Made by a program: the position numbers and the translations under genes. A model generated the notes under the pieces. That model searched no databases, was not told the DNA's origin, and worked only from the letters and a program-made list of their open reading frames with translations. Shown here piece after piece: positions 27,399 to 38,856 of a DNA stretch of 64,000 nt. Position 1 is the stretch's first letter. Each line of letters begins with the position of its first letter. The DNA comes from Archaeoglobaceae archaeon (lineage in GTDB: Archaea; Halobacteriota; Archaeoglobi; Archaeoglobales; Archaeoglobaceae), in assembly GCA_025057895.1 (NCBI GenBank), contig JANXEF010000001.1:118755-182754 (forward strand), written 5' to 3'.

Positions 27399-30300
27399 AT
27401 GGAACTCACACTTGATGCATTTTTTCCACTCTTCGAAAATGAGAAAGATAAAGAAGAGTGGAGACTGAAAGAAATTCAAAATTATCACAAAAAACTCATC
27501 GAAGAATTTGAAAAAGCTTACAAACTCGCAGAGATTGCAAGGAGTAAATGTTTAGATCCTGAACCAAAAGTTGAAATTTTAATAGCCAAAGACATGGCAG
27601 AAAGGGTTGAAAAACTAATAGAGATTGAAGGAATTGCAAACAGAATAAGAGAACTAGAAAAAAGTGGATTTGGAAGAGAAAAAATGTGTTTTAAGATTGC
27701 TGACGACATAATTATGGGTAAATTTGGGAAAATGGACATGTTAAGTGCGATAGATAAAGTAGTTAGGACTGCAGTTGCAATAATGACTGAAGGTGTAGTT
27801 GCTGCACCTATCGAGGGTATTGCAAAGGTTGGAATTGATAAGAATTTTGATGGAACGAATTTTTTGAAAGTTTATTACGCAGGCCCAATAAGAAGTGCAG
27901 GCGGAACTGCACAGGTCATTTCTGTTCTGATTGCAGACTATGTCAGAAGAAAATTTGGAATAGGAAAATTTGTTCCCACAGAAGAGGAAATTCTTAGATA
28001 TTGTGAAGAGATTCAGCTTTATAAAAAAGTTGCAAATCTCCAATATCTCCCCAGCGACGATGAAATCAGGTTCATAGTTTCAAAATGCCCGATATGTATC
28101 GATGGTGAGGCTACAGAGGATGTAGAAGTATCAGGTTACAGAAATATCCCAAGAGTTGAAACAAATCGTGTTAGAGGAGGAATGGCATTGATAATCGCAG
28201 AAGGGATTGCTTTAAAAGCTCCAAAACTCAAGAAGATAGTAAATGAACTCAACATAGATGGATGGGAATGGCTTGAGAGTTTAACTAAGAAAGACATGGA
28301 AGAGGAGGTTGAAGTTAAACCAAGAGATAAATATCTTTCAGACTTAGTTGCAGGAAGACCTGTATTAGGTCATCCATCGAGAAAAGGGGGTTTTAGACTT
28401 AGATATGGAAGAGCAAGAAACTCAGGGCTCGCGACTGTAGGCATAAATCCGGCTACTATGGTACTCATAGATTTTATCGCCATAGGGACTCAACTAAAAA
28501 TAGAACGTCCGGGAAAAGCAGGAAGTGTTGTGCCAGTAACAACGATTGAAGGACCGACTGTTAGGCTTAAGAATGGAGATGTAGTGAGACTAAACCTTGC
28601 AAAAGAAGCGATCGAAATCAAAGATGAAGTTGAAAAGATACTTGATCTTGGAGAAATACTGATAAACTACGGTGATTTTCTAGAAAACAATCATCCTCTA
28701 ATCCCAGGAGCCTATTCTTATGAGTGGTGGGTTCAAGAATCAAAAATCGAAGCAGAAAATCCAAGTGAAGATGAAGCATTGAAGTTCTGCGATGAATTCG
28801 GAGTGCCACTTCATCCTAAATGGACCTATCTCTGGCATGATATAACTGTAGAGGAATTCTGTTATTTGCGTGATTTCATAAGCCAAAACGGAAAAATTGA
28901 AGGTCAGATGAGATTCCTTGTATTACCGAGAGATTCAAGAGTAAAGGAAATACTCGAAAAATTACTCGTTGAGCACAAGGTCAGAGAAGAGATCGTGATA
29001 GAGAAGTGGAAAGTTCTCGTTCGTTGTCTTGGTCTCGATTCAAAGCTGAAAAAAGTAGGAGAAATTAGAGGAGAAAAAGTTTTAGAAATAATAAATAACG
29101 TCTCTGGTCTATTAGTTCGAGAAAAGGCGCCCTCAAGAATTGGTGCAAGGATGGGTAGACCAGAAAAGGCAAAAGAGAGAAAAATGAGTCCACCACCACA
29201 CCTACTTTTTCCCATTAGTTTTGCAGGAGGGAAAAGAAGAGATATAAAGAGTGCACTTGAACATTCGAATGGAATAAACTCAAAAGGAGAAGTTGAAGTT
29301 GAAGTTGCTCTAAGAAAATGTACTCTATGTGGGAAGGAAATTTTTTGGCTCAAATGCGATTGCGGTGGGATAACAAAACAAATATATCAGTGTCCGAAAT
29401 GCAAGAGTAGGATTTTTGATAAGTGTAAATGTGGAGTAGAAGCGAGAGGATATACGAAGAGGCTCATAGATATCAGGAAATTGTATGAGGAGGCTATAAG
29501 GAGTCTCGGAGAAGCCGACAACTTCGATATCATCAAGGGAGTAATAGGACTGACTTCGAAAAACAAAATTCCTGAGAGGATAGAAAAGGGTATTCTAAGA
29601 GCAAAGCATGATGTTTATGTATTCAAAGATGGAACGATTAGATATGATATGACAGATCTGCCTTTAACTCATTTTAAACCAAAAGAAATAGGTGTGACCG
29701 TCGAAAAATTGAAAGAACTCGGATACACTAAAGATTATCTTGGTAACGAAATAAAAAACGAAGATCAAATCATAGAACTAAATCCGCAAGACATCGTGAT
29801 CTCCAAAAATTGTGCTGAATACATGGTAAGAATTGCAAACTTCTTAGACGACCTTCTAACAAAATTTTATGAATTGCAACCTTTTTATAACCTCAAGAAA
29901 GTTGAAGATTTAATTGGTCAACTCGTTATCGCACTCGCACCTCATACTTCTGCTGGTGTTCTTGGAAGAATAATCGGTTTTGTAGATATCTTTGGCTGTT
30001 ATGCACATCCCTATTTCCATGCAGCAAAAAGAAGGAATTGTGATGGAGATGAAGATTGTATAATGCTCCTTCTTGATGGTCTCCTTAACTTTTCTAAGCA
30101 TTTTCTACCAGAAAAACGTGGAGGGCAAATGGATGCACCATTAGTTCTCACAACAATTGTGGATCCTCGAGAAGTTGATAAAGAAGTTTACAACATGGAT
30201 ATTGTTCTTAGATATCCCCTAGAATTCTACAACGCTACACTAAGATTTGCAAATCCAAAAGAATGTGAAGACGTCATCGAAAAGGTAAAAGACAAACTAA

Positions 30301-30782
30301 GCGTCGAATCTCGATTTTTTGGTCTAGGTTTTACACATGACACAGACATAAAGTTGGGAGTTAAGGAAAGCGCTTACAAAAAGCTAAAGAGTATGAACGA
30401 GAAAGTCGAAAAACAGATGGAAATCGCGAAAAAGATATTGGCAGTAGATGAACACGATGTTGCTGAAAGAGTCATCAATATTCACTTCCTTCCAGATATC
30501 ATTGGAAATCTACGTGCCTTCTCGAAACAAGAATTTAGATGTGTTGATTGCAACGAAAAGTATCGGAGAATACCGCTAAGTGGAAAATGCAGAAAATGTG
30601 GGGGAAATCTAACTCTAACCGTACACAGTAGTTCTATAGTCAAATACCTAGATATATCGAGGAAGTTATGTGAAGATTACAATGTTTCAGAGTACACTAA
30701 ACAAAGATTGAAGTTGATCGAACACGAAATAAAATTGTTATTTTTTGAAAGAAAACAAGTGACCTTGGCAGATCTATTTTAG
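27399..30782 (+). CDS. polC: DNA polymerase II (PolD) large catalytic subunit DP2
   Basis: 1127 aa. The catalytic motif is NCDGDEDCIMLL, and multiple CxxC Zn motifs are present (CTLCGKEIFWLKCDCG, CPKCKSR, CVDCNEKY...CRKCGG). Confidence 0.85.
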   Translation: MELTLDAFFPLFENEKDKEEWRLKEIQNYHKKLIEEFEKAYKLAEIARSKCLDPEPKVEILIAKDMAERVEKLIEIEGIANRIRELEKSGFGREKMCFKIADDIIMGKFGKMDMLSAIDKVVRTAVAIMTEGVVAAPIEGIAKVGIDKNFDGTNFLKVYYAGPIRSAGGTAQVISVLIADYVRRKFGIGKFVPTEEEILRYCEEIQLYKKVANLQYLPSDDEIRFIVSKCPICIDGEATEDVEVSGYRNIPRVETNRVRGGMALIIAEGIALKAPKLKKIVNELNIDGWEWLESLTKKDMEEEVEVKPRDKYLSDLVAGRPVLGHPSRKGGFRLRYGRARNSGLATVGINPATMVLIDFIAIGTQLKIERPGKAGSVVPVTTIEGPTVRLKNGDVVRLNLAKEAIEIKDEVEKILDLGEILINYGDFLENNHPLIPGAYSYEWWVQESKIEAENPSEDEALKFCDEFGVPLHPKWTYLWHDITVEEFCYLRDFISQNGKIEGQMRFLVLPRDSRVKEILEKLLVEHKVREEIVIEKWKVLVRCLGLDSKLKKVGEIRGEKVLEIINNVSGLLVREKAPSRIGARMGRPEKAKERKMSPPPHLLFPISFAGGKRRDIKSALEHSNGINSKGEVEVEVALRKCTLCGKEIFWLKCDCGGITKQIYQCPKCKSRIFDKCKCGVEARGYTKRLIDIRKLYEEAIRSLGEADNFDIIKGVIGLTSKNKIPERIEKGILRAKHDVYVFKDGTIRYDMTDLPLTHFKPKEIGVTVEKLKELGYTKDYLGNEIKNEDQIIELNPQDIVISKNCAEYMVRIANFLDDLLTKFYELQPFYNLKKVEDLIGQLVIALAPHTSAGVLGRIIGFVDIFGCYAHPYFHAAKRRNCDGDEDCIMLLLDGLLNFSKHFLPEKRGGQMDAPLVLTTIVDPREVDKEVYNMDIVLRYPLEFYNATLRFANPKECEDVIEKVKDKLSVESRFFGLGFTHDTDIKLGVKESAYKKLKSMNEKVEKQMEIAKKILAVDEHDVAERVINIHFLPDIIGNLRAFSKQEFRCVDCNEKYRRIPLSGKCRKCGGNLTLTVHSSSIVKYLDISRKLCEDYNVSEYTKQRLKLIEHEIKLLFFERKQVTLADLF

Positions 30783-31613
30783 ATTTTCTAAGACTGCTTC
30801 CTTGACTAGTTCTGCGACGCTTATCTTTGAAAATATCTTTTCTACTGTATCGGTTGCAACGATTTCTGCTATTCCAGAAGATAGAAGCTTTACTGCTGCA
30901 AAATCTGCAAGAACTGCATGAACACAAGCACACTCAACTCTTTTTGCTCCAAGTTCATAGAGTTTCTTTGTTGCCTCAACCACTGTTCCTCCTGTAGAGA
31001 TTATGTCGTCCACTATTACGACATTCTTATTCTCTACATCTATTCTCTTTGTAGAGATTTCAACTGTTTGTGCATCGATTCTTCTTTTCTCCAACCAGTC
31101 CCAATCACAGCTAGCAACTTTGGCAGCAACTTTGACCCTTTCAGCAGAACCTTTATCAGGAGATATCATTATCAAATCCTTTTCTTTATAATATTTACCA
31201 ATTAGCGGCATAGCATTAAGATCTAATAGCTTTTTAAAATTTTCTTTTGCCTTTTCACTGTGTATGTTCACTGTTATAATTCTCTCTGCCTTTTCTTCCA
31301 AATTCCTAGCTATTGCTCTTATACTTATAGCTTCACCTCTCATGAACTCTCTATCCTGTCTTGCGTAACCCATATAGGGAACCACAAGTATTATTTCTCC
31401 CTTCAGCGTATCGAAGAGTAATTTGAGAATGACGAGATCATCACTTGAAGTTAGACTACAAACCACTAGATGCTCACTATTCTCACTATCAACCCTAACA
31501 TATAGTTCTCCATCAGGAAAACGTTTGAACTGAACTCTAGCAATTTTGATTTTTATCTCTTCAGCTATTCTTTTCCCAAGAAGTGGAGAAGATGGGGTAA
31601 GGATTAAATCCAT
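30774..31613 (-). CDS. prs: Ribose-phosphate pyrophosphokinase
   Basis: The PRPP-binding motif is VVIVDDIISTGGTV. Confidence 0.8.
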   Translation of the reverse strand: MDLILTPSSPLLGKRIAEEIKIKIARVQFKRFPDGELYVRVDSENSEHLVVCSLTSSDDLVILKLLFDTLKGEIILVVPYMGYARQDREFMRGEAISIRAIARNLEEKAERIITVNIHSEKAKENFKKLLDLNAMPLIGKYYKEKDLIMISPDKGSAERVKVAAKVASCDWDWLEKRRIDAQTVEISTKRIDVENKNVVIVDDIISTGGTVVEATKKLYELGAKRVECACVHAVLADFAAVKLLSSGIAEIVATDTVEKIFSKISVAELVKEAVLENLK

Positions 31614-31631
31614 AAAAAATGTGTGCGATAT

Positions 31632-32369
31632 TTATTTTTTGTATATCTTGAGGAGTTCCACAGGAATTGGAAGTATGATCGTCGTATTCTTTTCAGCAGC
31701 AACTTCGTTTAGAGTCTGTAGATATCTCAAAAAAAGTGCTCCTTCACTCTGTGCAAGAACGTCTGAAGCTTCTTTTAATTTCATTGCAGCCTGGTACTCT
31801 CCTTCTGCTCTAATTATCTTTGATCTTCTCTCTCTCTCAGCTTCAGCCTGCATCGCCATTACTCTACGCATTTCTTCGGGAAGCTCTACATCCTTTATTT
31901 CCACTGCTGTAACTTTTATTCCCCAAGGATTTGTCGCCTCATCGATGATATGCTGTAGCCTTATGTTCAGTTTCTCTCTTTCTGAAAGTACTTCATCGAG
32001 TTCAGCTTGGCCGATTATACTTCTAAGCGTAGTCTGTGCTATTTGTGCTGTTGCATACATGTAATTGTAAACTTCTGTAACAGCTTTTGCAGGATCGATT
32101 ACTCTGTAATAAACTACAGCATTCACTTTCACCGTTACGTTATCTTTTGTAACAACTTCTTGCGCAGGAACATCATAAGTAACAGTTCTCAAATCCACTT
32201 TGACCATGCTATCCAGCACTGGTATTATGAAGAATAGTCCAGGTCCCTTGGCACCAACAAGTCTCCCAAGTCTGAAAATGACACCTCTTTCATATTCCTT
32301 TACGATTCTAATTGCAGAAGCAAAAAAGATGAGCAATATTAGTGCTATTCCCCAATAATACCATTCCAT
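31632..32369 (-). CDS. SPFH/band-7 (stomatin/prohibitin-like) membrane protein
   Basis: N-terminal TM helix, an SPFH core ([30 protein letters not shown]) and a coiled-coil tail. Confidence 0.75.
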   Translation of the reverse strand: MEWYYWGIALILLIFFASAIRIVKEYERGVIFRLGRLVGAKGPGLFFIIPVLDSMVKVDLRTVTYDVPAQEVVTKDNVTVKVNAVVYYRVIDPAKAVTEVYNYMYATAQIAQTTLRSIIGQAELDEVLSEREKLNIRLQHIIDEATNPWGIKVTAVEIKDVELPEEMRRVMAMQAEAERERRSKIIRAEGEYQAAMKLKEASDVLAQSEGALFLRYLQTLNEVAAEKNTTIILPIPVELLKIYKK

Positions 32370-32390
32370 GGATAAATTTTTTTATTGAAT

Positions 32391-33392
32391 TTATAAGCTT
32401 TTGGGTAGAAAATTTGGCTTCTTTGCAAATATCACTGAATAATCTTCTTTTAGGATCTTCAGTATTTTGAACTTTTTTTTCTTGAGTTCTTCAATGTAAT
32501 CTCTCAAACTCAAATCTCCTTTAAAGGTAAAACTCTTGAAGTCTTTTTCAAGCTTCTCAAAACTCCAGAGATTCCATTCAAAATCGCGGACTCTGAAATC
32601 ATTCTCTGGAAAGAACTGTCTATTAACGTAAACTCCCCCAGGATTAAGTGAGTTATAAATCTTTGGAATAAGTTCTGCTCTCTTGCCACCAGGGTTGAAA
32701 GATGAGAAAACTATATCAAAACTGCTGCCAAGCGAGTCTTTGAAGAAGTCTCCAGCGATGAAATCAACTCTTTCAGCATCTAGATTTTTCATTAATTCTC
32801 TTGAAACTTCAACTACTTCTGGAAGATCGAAGACATATGCTTTTAAATTCTCGTTGAGCATAGTAAATGCATAGGAATAAAACCCATGTCCTCCACCAAG
32901 ATCGAGCAATCTTCTCGCATTTTTGAACTCCTCTAATTCTGCTACTCTTTTCACAATCTTGATATCCCCAAGAATTGCAAATTTTCCAAGAGTGACTATT
33001 CTTTTTTTGAAGAAATTTGCTTCATTTCTAACTTCTCTAAAGAGCATATTTTCGAATTTCAACCATTTCTCAGCCTCCTCAATCTTCTCCTGAATTAATT
33101 CGGTTATCGAGAATTTGGAATCCTTTCCAAATAAAATTCTACAAATCTTTGAAATTCTGAATTTCTCATTCCCTTCAATTAAGCCTTGATATTTAAGTAA
33201 AAAGATCAAAGCCTTTGTAATTCTCAAATCATAACCAAAATGGTTCGCGACATCTTCAATACTCCTTTCTTTTTCTAAAAAATCCAAGATTCCTGATCGA
33301 AGACAGAATGATATAACAGATAGTGTCTTTAAGTCTTCCAACTTAAGACAATTTTGTAACCATTTAAGATTAGATTGCAATATTTCTTGCAT
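32391..33392 (-). CDS. Class I SAM-dependent methyltransferase with an N-terminal winged-helix-like domain
   Basis: The SAM motif is LLDLGGGHGFYSYAF. The substrate is unknown. Confidence 0.5.
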   Translation of the reverse strand: MQEILQSNLKWLQNCLKLEDLKTLSVISFCLRSGILDFLEKERSIEDVANHFGYDLRITKALIFLLKYQGLIEGNEKFRISKICRILFGKDSKFSITELIQEKIEEAEKWLKFENMLFREVRNEANFFKKRIVTLGKFAILGDIKIVKRVAELEEFKNARRLLDLGGGHGFYSYAFTMLNENLKAYVFDLPEVVEVSRELMKNLDAERVDFIAGDFFKDSLGSSFDIVFSSFNPGGKRAELIPKIYNSLNPGGVYVNRQFFPENDFRVRDFEWNLWSFEKLEKDFKSFTFKGDLSLRDYIEELKKKKFKILKILKEDYSVIFAKKPNFLPKSL

Positions 33393-33474
33393 AAGTTAAT
33401 ACCAATACCTGGTTTAAAAGAGTTTTCGAGCTTAACACAAAAAGCTTTTTTAAATTTAAACATAGAATAGCTTC

Positions 33475-34710
33475 ATGTTCGAAAAGGTGAAACCACCAGC
33501 TGAGGGCGAAAAAATAGAATACAGGGAAGGAAAGCTGATAGTTCCGAGTAATCCAGTAATTCCATACTTTGAAGGTGATGGAATTGGTATAGATGTAGTC
33601 CCAGCTGCGATAAGAGTAATAGATTCAGCAGTTGAAAAGATCGGTAAAGAGATTGTATGGTTCAAAGTTTATGCTGGTGAAGAAGCTTACAAGATCTATT
33701 GCAATTATCTACCTGCAGATACACTAAATGCAATAAAGTATTACAGGGTAGCACTAAAAGGACCACTAACAACACCTGTTGGAGGAGGGTATAGAAGTCT
33801 AAATGTAACCATCAGACAAGTCCTCGATCTGTATGCGAATGTGAGGCCAGTTTACCATCTCAAAGGAGTTCCAAGTCCAGTAAAAAACCCTGAAAAAGTC
33901 AATTTTGTGATCTTCAGAGAGAGCACTGAAGACGTCTATGCCGGAATAGAGTGGCCTAGAGGGAGTAAAGAGGCTTTAAAATTGATAGAAATCCTAAAAA
34001 GGGACTTCGGAGTAAAAATAAGAGAAGACTCTGGAATTGGTATAAAACCAATAAGCGAGTTTGCAACGAAGAGACTCATAAGAATGGCAATAAGATATGC
34101 GATCGAAAATGAGAGAAAGAGCGTAACTCTAGTGCACAAAGGTAACATAATGAAGTTTACCGAGGGAGCATTTAGAGATTGGGGTTATGAAGTCGCAAAG
34201 CAAGAATTTACAGATTTTTGCATTACAGAAGATGAATTGAACAAAGATTTTGGGGGTAAGCAACCTGAAGGCAAAATAGTCGTAAAGGACAGAATTGCAG
34301 ACAACATGTTCCAACAAATAATAACGAGAAGCGAAGAATACGATGTGATCGCTTTACCAAATTTGAATGGAGATTATCTAAGCGATGCTGCTGCTTCACT
34401 CGTTGGAGGACTTGGAATTGCTCCAGGAAGCAATATTGGAGATGGAATTGCTGTTTTTGAACCAATACATGGTTCTGCTCCTAAGTACGCGGGGCAAAAC
34501 AAGGTAAATCCTACTGCAGAAATTCTAACAGGAGCTCTCATGCTCGAATTTTTAGGTTGGAAAGAGGCGAGCGAAAAGATAAAGAAATCAATAGAAATGA
34601 CAATTGAACAAGGAGTAGTCACCTACGATCTCCATAGGCAGATAGGAGGTAAGCTTGTTGGAACAAGGGAATTTGCAAATGCTGTTATAGAGAATTTAAA
34701 CACATTATGA
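33475..34710 (+). CDS. icd: NADP-dependent isocitrate dehydrogenase
   Basis: 411 aa with the isocitrate/isopropylmalate DH signature [23 protein letters not shown]. Confidence 0.8.
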   Translation: MFEKVKPPAEGEKIEYREGKLIVPSNPVIPYFEGDGIGIDVVPAAIRVIDSAVEKIGKEIVWFKVYAGEEAYKIYCNYLPADTLNAIKYYRVALKGPLTTPVGGGYRSLNVTIRQVLDLYANVRPVYHLKGVPSPVKNPEKVNFVIFRESTEDVYAGIEWPRGSKEALKLIEILKRDFGVKIREDSGIGIKPISEFATKRLIRMAIRYAIENERKSVTLVHKGNIMKFTEGAFRDWGYEVAKQEFTDFCITEDELNKDFGGKQPEGKIVVKDRIADNMFQQIITRSEEYDVIALPNLNGDYLSDAAASLVGGLGIAPGSNIGDGIAVFEPIHGSAPKYAGQNKVNPTAEILTGALMLEFLGWKEASEKIKKSIEMTIEQGVVTYDLHRQIGGKLVGTREFANAVIENLNTL

Positions 34711-35639
34711 TTCAAATATATGGTGCAGGAATTTCTGGAACTTTTCTTTATAATTATTTAATAAAAAAAGGTTATAGTGCAAACATTTTTGATTTTCGTA
34801 AATCACCAGATTGTAGATGTGGATGGGGAATTGCTTATAGAGAGGCAAAAGAACTCTATTCCTTAATTGAACTAAACTTGGATGAGTTCATTCTTGTAAA
34901 ACCAGAGAAAGTTGTTATCAATGGTATTGAGCTAAAAAATAAGGGTATTGCCACTTTCGATAAACTTCGTCTTTTGTCTGAACTCTGGAAGGGTATTGAA
35001 TTCAAGGAAAAAAAGGCTGATTTGATCGTCGATGCTACAGGAGCCGAGAGAGCTTTTTTACCAAAAATTAAAGATGATAGATTACTTCCAACTATGCAAT
35101 TCGAAGAAAGACACGAAAAAGAGGAGAATATATACATCTATTTCAAAAGATACGGATATGCTTGGGCTTTTCCTCTCGGCGATTGTTGGCACATCGGTGC
35201 AGGAAGTATTGAGGAGAGTGAAATTCCATTTTTGATTAAAAAGTTGAGAGAAAAATTTGGATTTGAAGAAAAGAAAAACATTTGTAGTTGTAAAGCAAGG
35301 ATAAGAATGCTTCCACCTTCCAAGTGTAAACCTTTTGTCCATTGCAATGTTGTCGGTGTTGGTGAGAGTATTGGATGTGTTAGTGGTGCTGGAGAGGGTA
35401 ATACTCCCGCACTGAAATGTTCAAAGATCCTCCTCGAATGCATAGAAAAATTGGAAAACTATGAAAAAATGGTTTTAAAAGAGTTCAAGTGGATCGAAAT
35501 GGAACAAAAATTCGTAGAAAGTGTATTCAAAAGATTTCCGGCTTTTCATTTACTATTTAAAATTATACCATATGAAAGAAAAAGACTTGTATGTCATTCC
35601 ATTCTCGATTTTTTGCGCATCTTCTATGAAAAGGTTTAA
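34707..35639 (+). CDS. FAD/NAD(P)-binding oxidoreductase (short geranylgeranyl-reductase-like flavoprotein)
   Basis: The N-terminal Rossmann GxGxxG is [11 protein letters not shown]. Several Cys pairs are present. The family assignment is uncertain. Confidence 0.4.
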   Translation: MIQIYGAGISGTFLYNYLIKKGYSANIFDFRKSPDCRCGWGIAYREAKELYSLIELNLDEFILVKPEKVVINGIELKNKGIATFDKLRLLSELWKGIEFKEKKADLIVDATGAERAFLPKIKDDRLLPTMQFEERHEKEENIYIYFKRYGYAWAFPLGDCWHIGAGSIEESEIPFLIKKLREKFGFEEKKNICSCKARIRMLPPSKCKPFVHCNVVGVGESIGCVSGAGEGNTPALKCSKILLECIEKLENYEKMVLKEFKWIEMEQKFVESVFKRFPAFHLLFKIIPYERKRLVCHSILDFLRIFYEKV

Positions 35640-36321
35640 ATTCGCGTACAAAGAGACGATAACAACTATATTGACTGAAAATGAAGAATTCTACAAAGTA
35701 GCAATAAGAGCAATTCTCGAAGCTAGAAGTGAGATTGAGAGATACGCAATCAGATTTCCTGAATTCTTAATAAGCTACGAACCCCTCGAGTGTAGAGTAA
35801 AGGGAATCGTTAATAAGATGTGTAAAGCAGCAAAGATTGCAAATGTAGGCCCAATGGCGTCTGTTGCTGGAGCAATTGCAGATTATGCAGTAGAGAAGAT
35901 GGTTGAAGCTGGAGCAAAACTTGCAGTAGTAGATAACGGTGGAGATATTGCAATCCAAACAGATAGAGAGTTGAGAGTTGGGATTTTTCCTACAAAATTT
36001 GCATTTGTAATCCCTCCTGGAGAAAGAATTGCTATATGCACTTCTAGTGGAAAAATCGGACCATCAGTTAGCTTTGGTTTTGCAGATTGTGCAACAATAG
36101 TCGCCGATGATGCTTGTATAGCCGATGCTATAGCTACCGCGCTTGGAAATTTGATAAGAGATGATGTAGATTTTGAAGAGATAATAAAAAGTTTTTACAA
36201 TCGTTATGTTCGCTATATTAGAGGATTACTCGTCGTAAAGGATGAGATGATTGCTCTAGCAGGACATTTACCCAAGATTGAAGAAGCTATCGTCAAAGAG
36301 GATCTGATAACTAGAATATAG
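35626..36321 (+). CDS. UPF0280 / ApbE-superfamily protein (COG2122-like)
   Basis: The ApbE-like core is VGPMASVAGAIADYAVEKM...VVDNGGDIAI. The start was chosen at the ATG after the upstream stop. The track ORF extends to 35521 and overlaps the upstream gene. Confidence 0.4.
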   Translation: MKRFKFAYKETITTILTENEEFYKVAIRAILEARSEIERYAIRFPEFLISYEPLECRVKGIVNKMCKAAKIANVGPMASVAGAIADYAVEKMVEAGAKLAVVDNGGDIAIQTDRELRVGIFPTKFAFVIPPGERIAICTSSGKIGPSVSFGFADCATIVADDACIADAIATALGNLIRDDVDFEEIIKSFYNRYVRYIRGLLVVKDEMIALAGHLPKIEEAIVKEDLITRI

Positions 36322-36361
36322 AGCTAGAAAATTTTAAAAAATTGGATTTAAAGTCGAATAT

Positions 36362-36916
36362 CTAGAATTCCATTCCTGTAATCTTTTCTATCTCTTCTTT
36401 CATTTTTATCGCTCTCTTTCTAGTCTCTTCGGTGAACCATTTAAGATCTGGCTTCTCTAAATCGATTCTTTCAAGTCTTTCAAGAAAACTCTTGAAATTC
36501 TTGATTTCTGAACCAAAAGTGAGGTTATCCGCAAAGCTGACTATTTTCTCTTCAAGTGTTTCTGGAATATAGTCTTTTATAGGTAATCCAAGTTTTTCAG
36601 CTTCTTTAGCTGTTATTCCAGCGCTGAAATGTCTTTCTACGATTCTCACAATCTCTTCTTCTAATCCCTCGTTTCTAAGAATCTCAGCAGATTTAAGGAA
36701 ATGTTGAAATGGGTCATGAGTTATAGCTCTACCTATATCATGCAACAACGCGCCAAAAAGAATTATTTTTTTATCTAACTTTAGACCATTTTTTTCTGCT
36801 CTTTCTGCTATTCTTAGAGCAAATTCCATCACCTTTTTGCAATGCTCTCTTACAGGTCCTTCAAGATCGTATTTGTTCCACAGTTTCTCAACAATTTGAG
36901 GAATCATAGAAATCAT
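36362..36916 (-). CDS. HD-domain metal-dependent phosphohydrolase
   Basis: The H...HD motif is LLHDIGRAITHD. Confidence 0.65.
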   Translation of the reverse strand: MISMIPQIVEKLWNKYDLEGPVREHCKKVMEFALRIAERAEKNGLKLDKKIILFGALLHDIGRAITHDPFQHFLKSAEILRNEGLEEEIVRIVERHFSAGITAKEAEKLGLPIKDYIPETLEEKIVSFADNLTFGSEIKNFKSFLERLERIDLEKPDLKWFTEETRKRAIKMKEEIEKITGMEF

Positions 36917-37019
36917 AAATTCCTTTTGCTTTCGGAATTAAAGATTGATCAAAATCGACCAAAGTAATCTTGAGTTAAGATATATTTTTGGTGAGAACTT
37001 TTACCTGCAAATTCAGCTG

Positions 37020-38333
37020 CTATATCATTATATTAAAAATTAAATCCACTATGCCTATGGACTCTATTTCATGTCCACTACTACTAAAAAGTTCTGAGAT
37101 TGCTCTTTTGCAATTACTGCAAGGAGCACATACATACTTTCTACTTTCTACACATTTATCAAAAACATCCATTATCTGCTCAAACTTCATCTTACCAGAC
37201 ACGTTCATTCTGAAGTCTCTCATGGAACCAATTATTCCTATGCCACCACCACTGCCACAACAGTAGTTATAAAAACCATTGGGACTCATTTCGATGAATC
37301 TAGGACATATCTTTTTCAAAATCTTTCTCTGTGGCTCAAAAATACCTAACTGCCGAACGATGTTGCATGGATCGTGTAGAGTGACGGGGAAATCGTTCTT
37401 CTCAGGGCACAGATTTAATTTGTTCTTAACCAAATTCCATAACAATGGTATGCAGCTCTCCTTCTTTATCTGGTGCTCATCTATTCTATCCGCGATTGTG
37501 ATCATTGCTCTATGCGCATGTCCGCATTCGCCAACCACTATTCTATCAACGTCCAACTCTCGTGCTATTCTCAGATTCTTCGAAGCTATTCTGATGAGCT
37601 GAACATCATCGTACCACATGCCATAATTAACAGCGTCGTATGCTTCGCTGCTCAAAGTCCAGCTCAGATCTGCTTCTTCAAGTATTATAGCAAAAGCTTC
37701 TATACTTTCTAATCTATTAAGATAATCACCAGCGTTGTGAATTAGAAGCATATCAGCTCCTTTCTCATCTACAGGAATCTTTATCTTTCTACCAGTTCTC
37801 TCTTCTATGTCTTCTTCTATGAATCTGACTATATCCATGAAACCAGAAGACGTTAGACCAGTCGAGGATCCATTCCTCAGCTGCTTCATGCTTCCCTGTG
37901 AATGAAACTCCTTCGGAGCAACATTGAGCTCCTGCGAAAATAACTTTCTTATCTCTCTAGCTATCAATCCATTGTCTATGCTTAGAGGGCAGTATAGAGT
38001 ACATCTTCTACATAGATTACATCTATAAGCTGACTCAGCGAGAGTTAAAATCGAGTTCAAATCCCTTTTTTTCTTCAACTTTTTTAAAAGCCAGGATCTA
38101 TAACTGGGACTATATATATTCTTTTTTCCCTTCAAATAAACATGACAAGCTCTGTTACACATATGGCAATTGGTACAGTATTTTAGAAATAGAATCAATG
38201 GTTTTAAATAGGTCCAATTGGCTTCGCTATCTTTTAATTTATTCAAACCCTCTATGAATTTGTCCTCTACTTGCTCTACTCCAGTAAAATCCAGCGCTCT
38301 ATAGTTGTCTATCTCTACCCTCATAGACATCAC
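37020..38333 (-). CDS. HdrD/DsrK/GlpC-like iron-sulfur oxidoreductase with CCG domains
   Basis: Two 4Fe-4S motifs are present (CHMCNRACHVYL, CNLCRRCTLYCP). The CCG signature is YNYCCGSGGG. Confidence 0.65.
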   Translation of the reverse strand: MMSMRVEIDNYRALDFTGVEQVEDKFIEGLNKLKDSEANWTYLKPLILFLKYCTNCHMCNRACHVYLKGKKNIYSPSYRSWLLKKLKKKRDLNSILTLAESAYRCNLCRRCTLYCPLSIDNGLIAREIRKLFSQELNVAPKEFHSQGSMKQLRNGSSTGLTSSGFMDIVRFIEEDIEERTGRKIKIPVDEKGADMLLIHNAGDYLNRLESIEAFAIILEEADLSWTLSSEAYDAVNYGMWYDDVQLIRIASKNLRIARELDVDRIVVGECGHAHRAMITIADRIDEHQIKKESCIPLLWNLVKNKLNLCPEKNDFPVTLHDPCNIVRQLGIFEPQRKILKKICPRFIEMSPNGFYNYCCGSGGGIGIIGSMRDFRMNVSGKMKFEQIMDVFDKCVESRKYVCAPCSNCKRAISELFSSSGHEIESIGIVDLIFNIMI

Positions 38334-38856
38334 GCCAGGTTGAGCACTTCTTTATATGTGATGCGCTCCACTTAACTCTATAGTTTAAACACTCTTTAAT
38401 CTTCTTCCTTATAACACTATCTGGGCTTCGATGTCTTTCGATGCTGTATATCAAAAGCCTCGCGACGAAATGGAACATCTTTGTGAAGGGAATGTAAAAA
38501 AGGGCATATGAAATTATGATTATATGGAAAACTGGCACAAGGAAATCGCTATGAAGAGTTGCGAGGGCAAAGAGAGCCATGAATTCAATGAATATGAGAT
38601 TTATGTAATCTATTACTGCGCTTCTCATACCTTTAAAATGCAGAAATACTCTACGGAAAAGAAGAGCAAGGCTGAATGATGAGATAAGAGATATTGAAAG
38701 GAAGAAAATACCTGATAGAAACGAATTAAACATTATTTTTGAGAAAAGAGAAGTATGTAAGATTAGAACATGCAATAGACTCCATATGAAAAATATGTAT
38801 ATTCCTACATGAAATGGATAAGATAAACACCAAAGAATTCGATCATATGAGAACAT
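38299..38856 (-). CDS. Integral membrane protein, possibly the heme-b subunit (DsrM/HdrE/NarI-like) partner of the CCG oxidoreductase
   Basis: 185 aa with about five TM helices. Conserved His are embedded in the helices (HVGIYIFFIWSLLHVLILH). It sits directly upstream of, and overlaps, the HdrD-like gene. Confidence 0.35.
   Translation of the reverse strand: MFSYDRILWCLSYPFHVGIYIFFIWSLLHVLILHTSLFSKIMFNSFLSGIFFLSISLISSFSLALLFRRVFLHFKGMRSAVIDYINLIFIEFMALFALATLHSDFLVPVFHIIIISYALFYIPFTKMFHFVARLLIYSIERHRSPDSVIRKKIKECLNYRVKWSASHIKKCSTWRDVYEGRDRQL

Noticed and set aside
28904-29353. 149-aa minus-strand ORF inside the PolD DP2 gene
   Set aside because: It is a shadow of the 1127-aa DP2 ORF, which carries the diagnostic NCDGDED motif.
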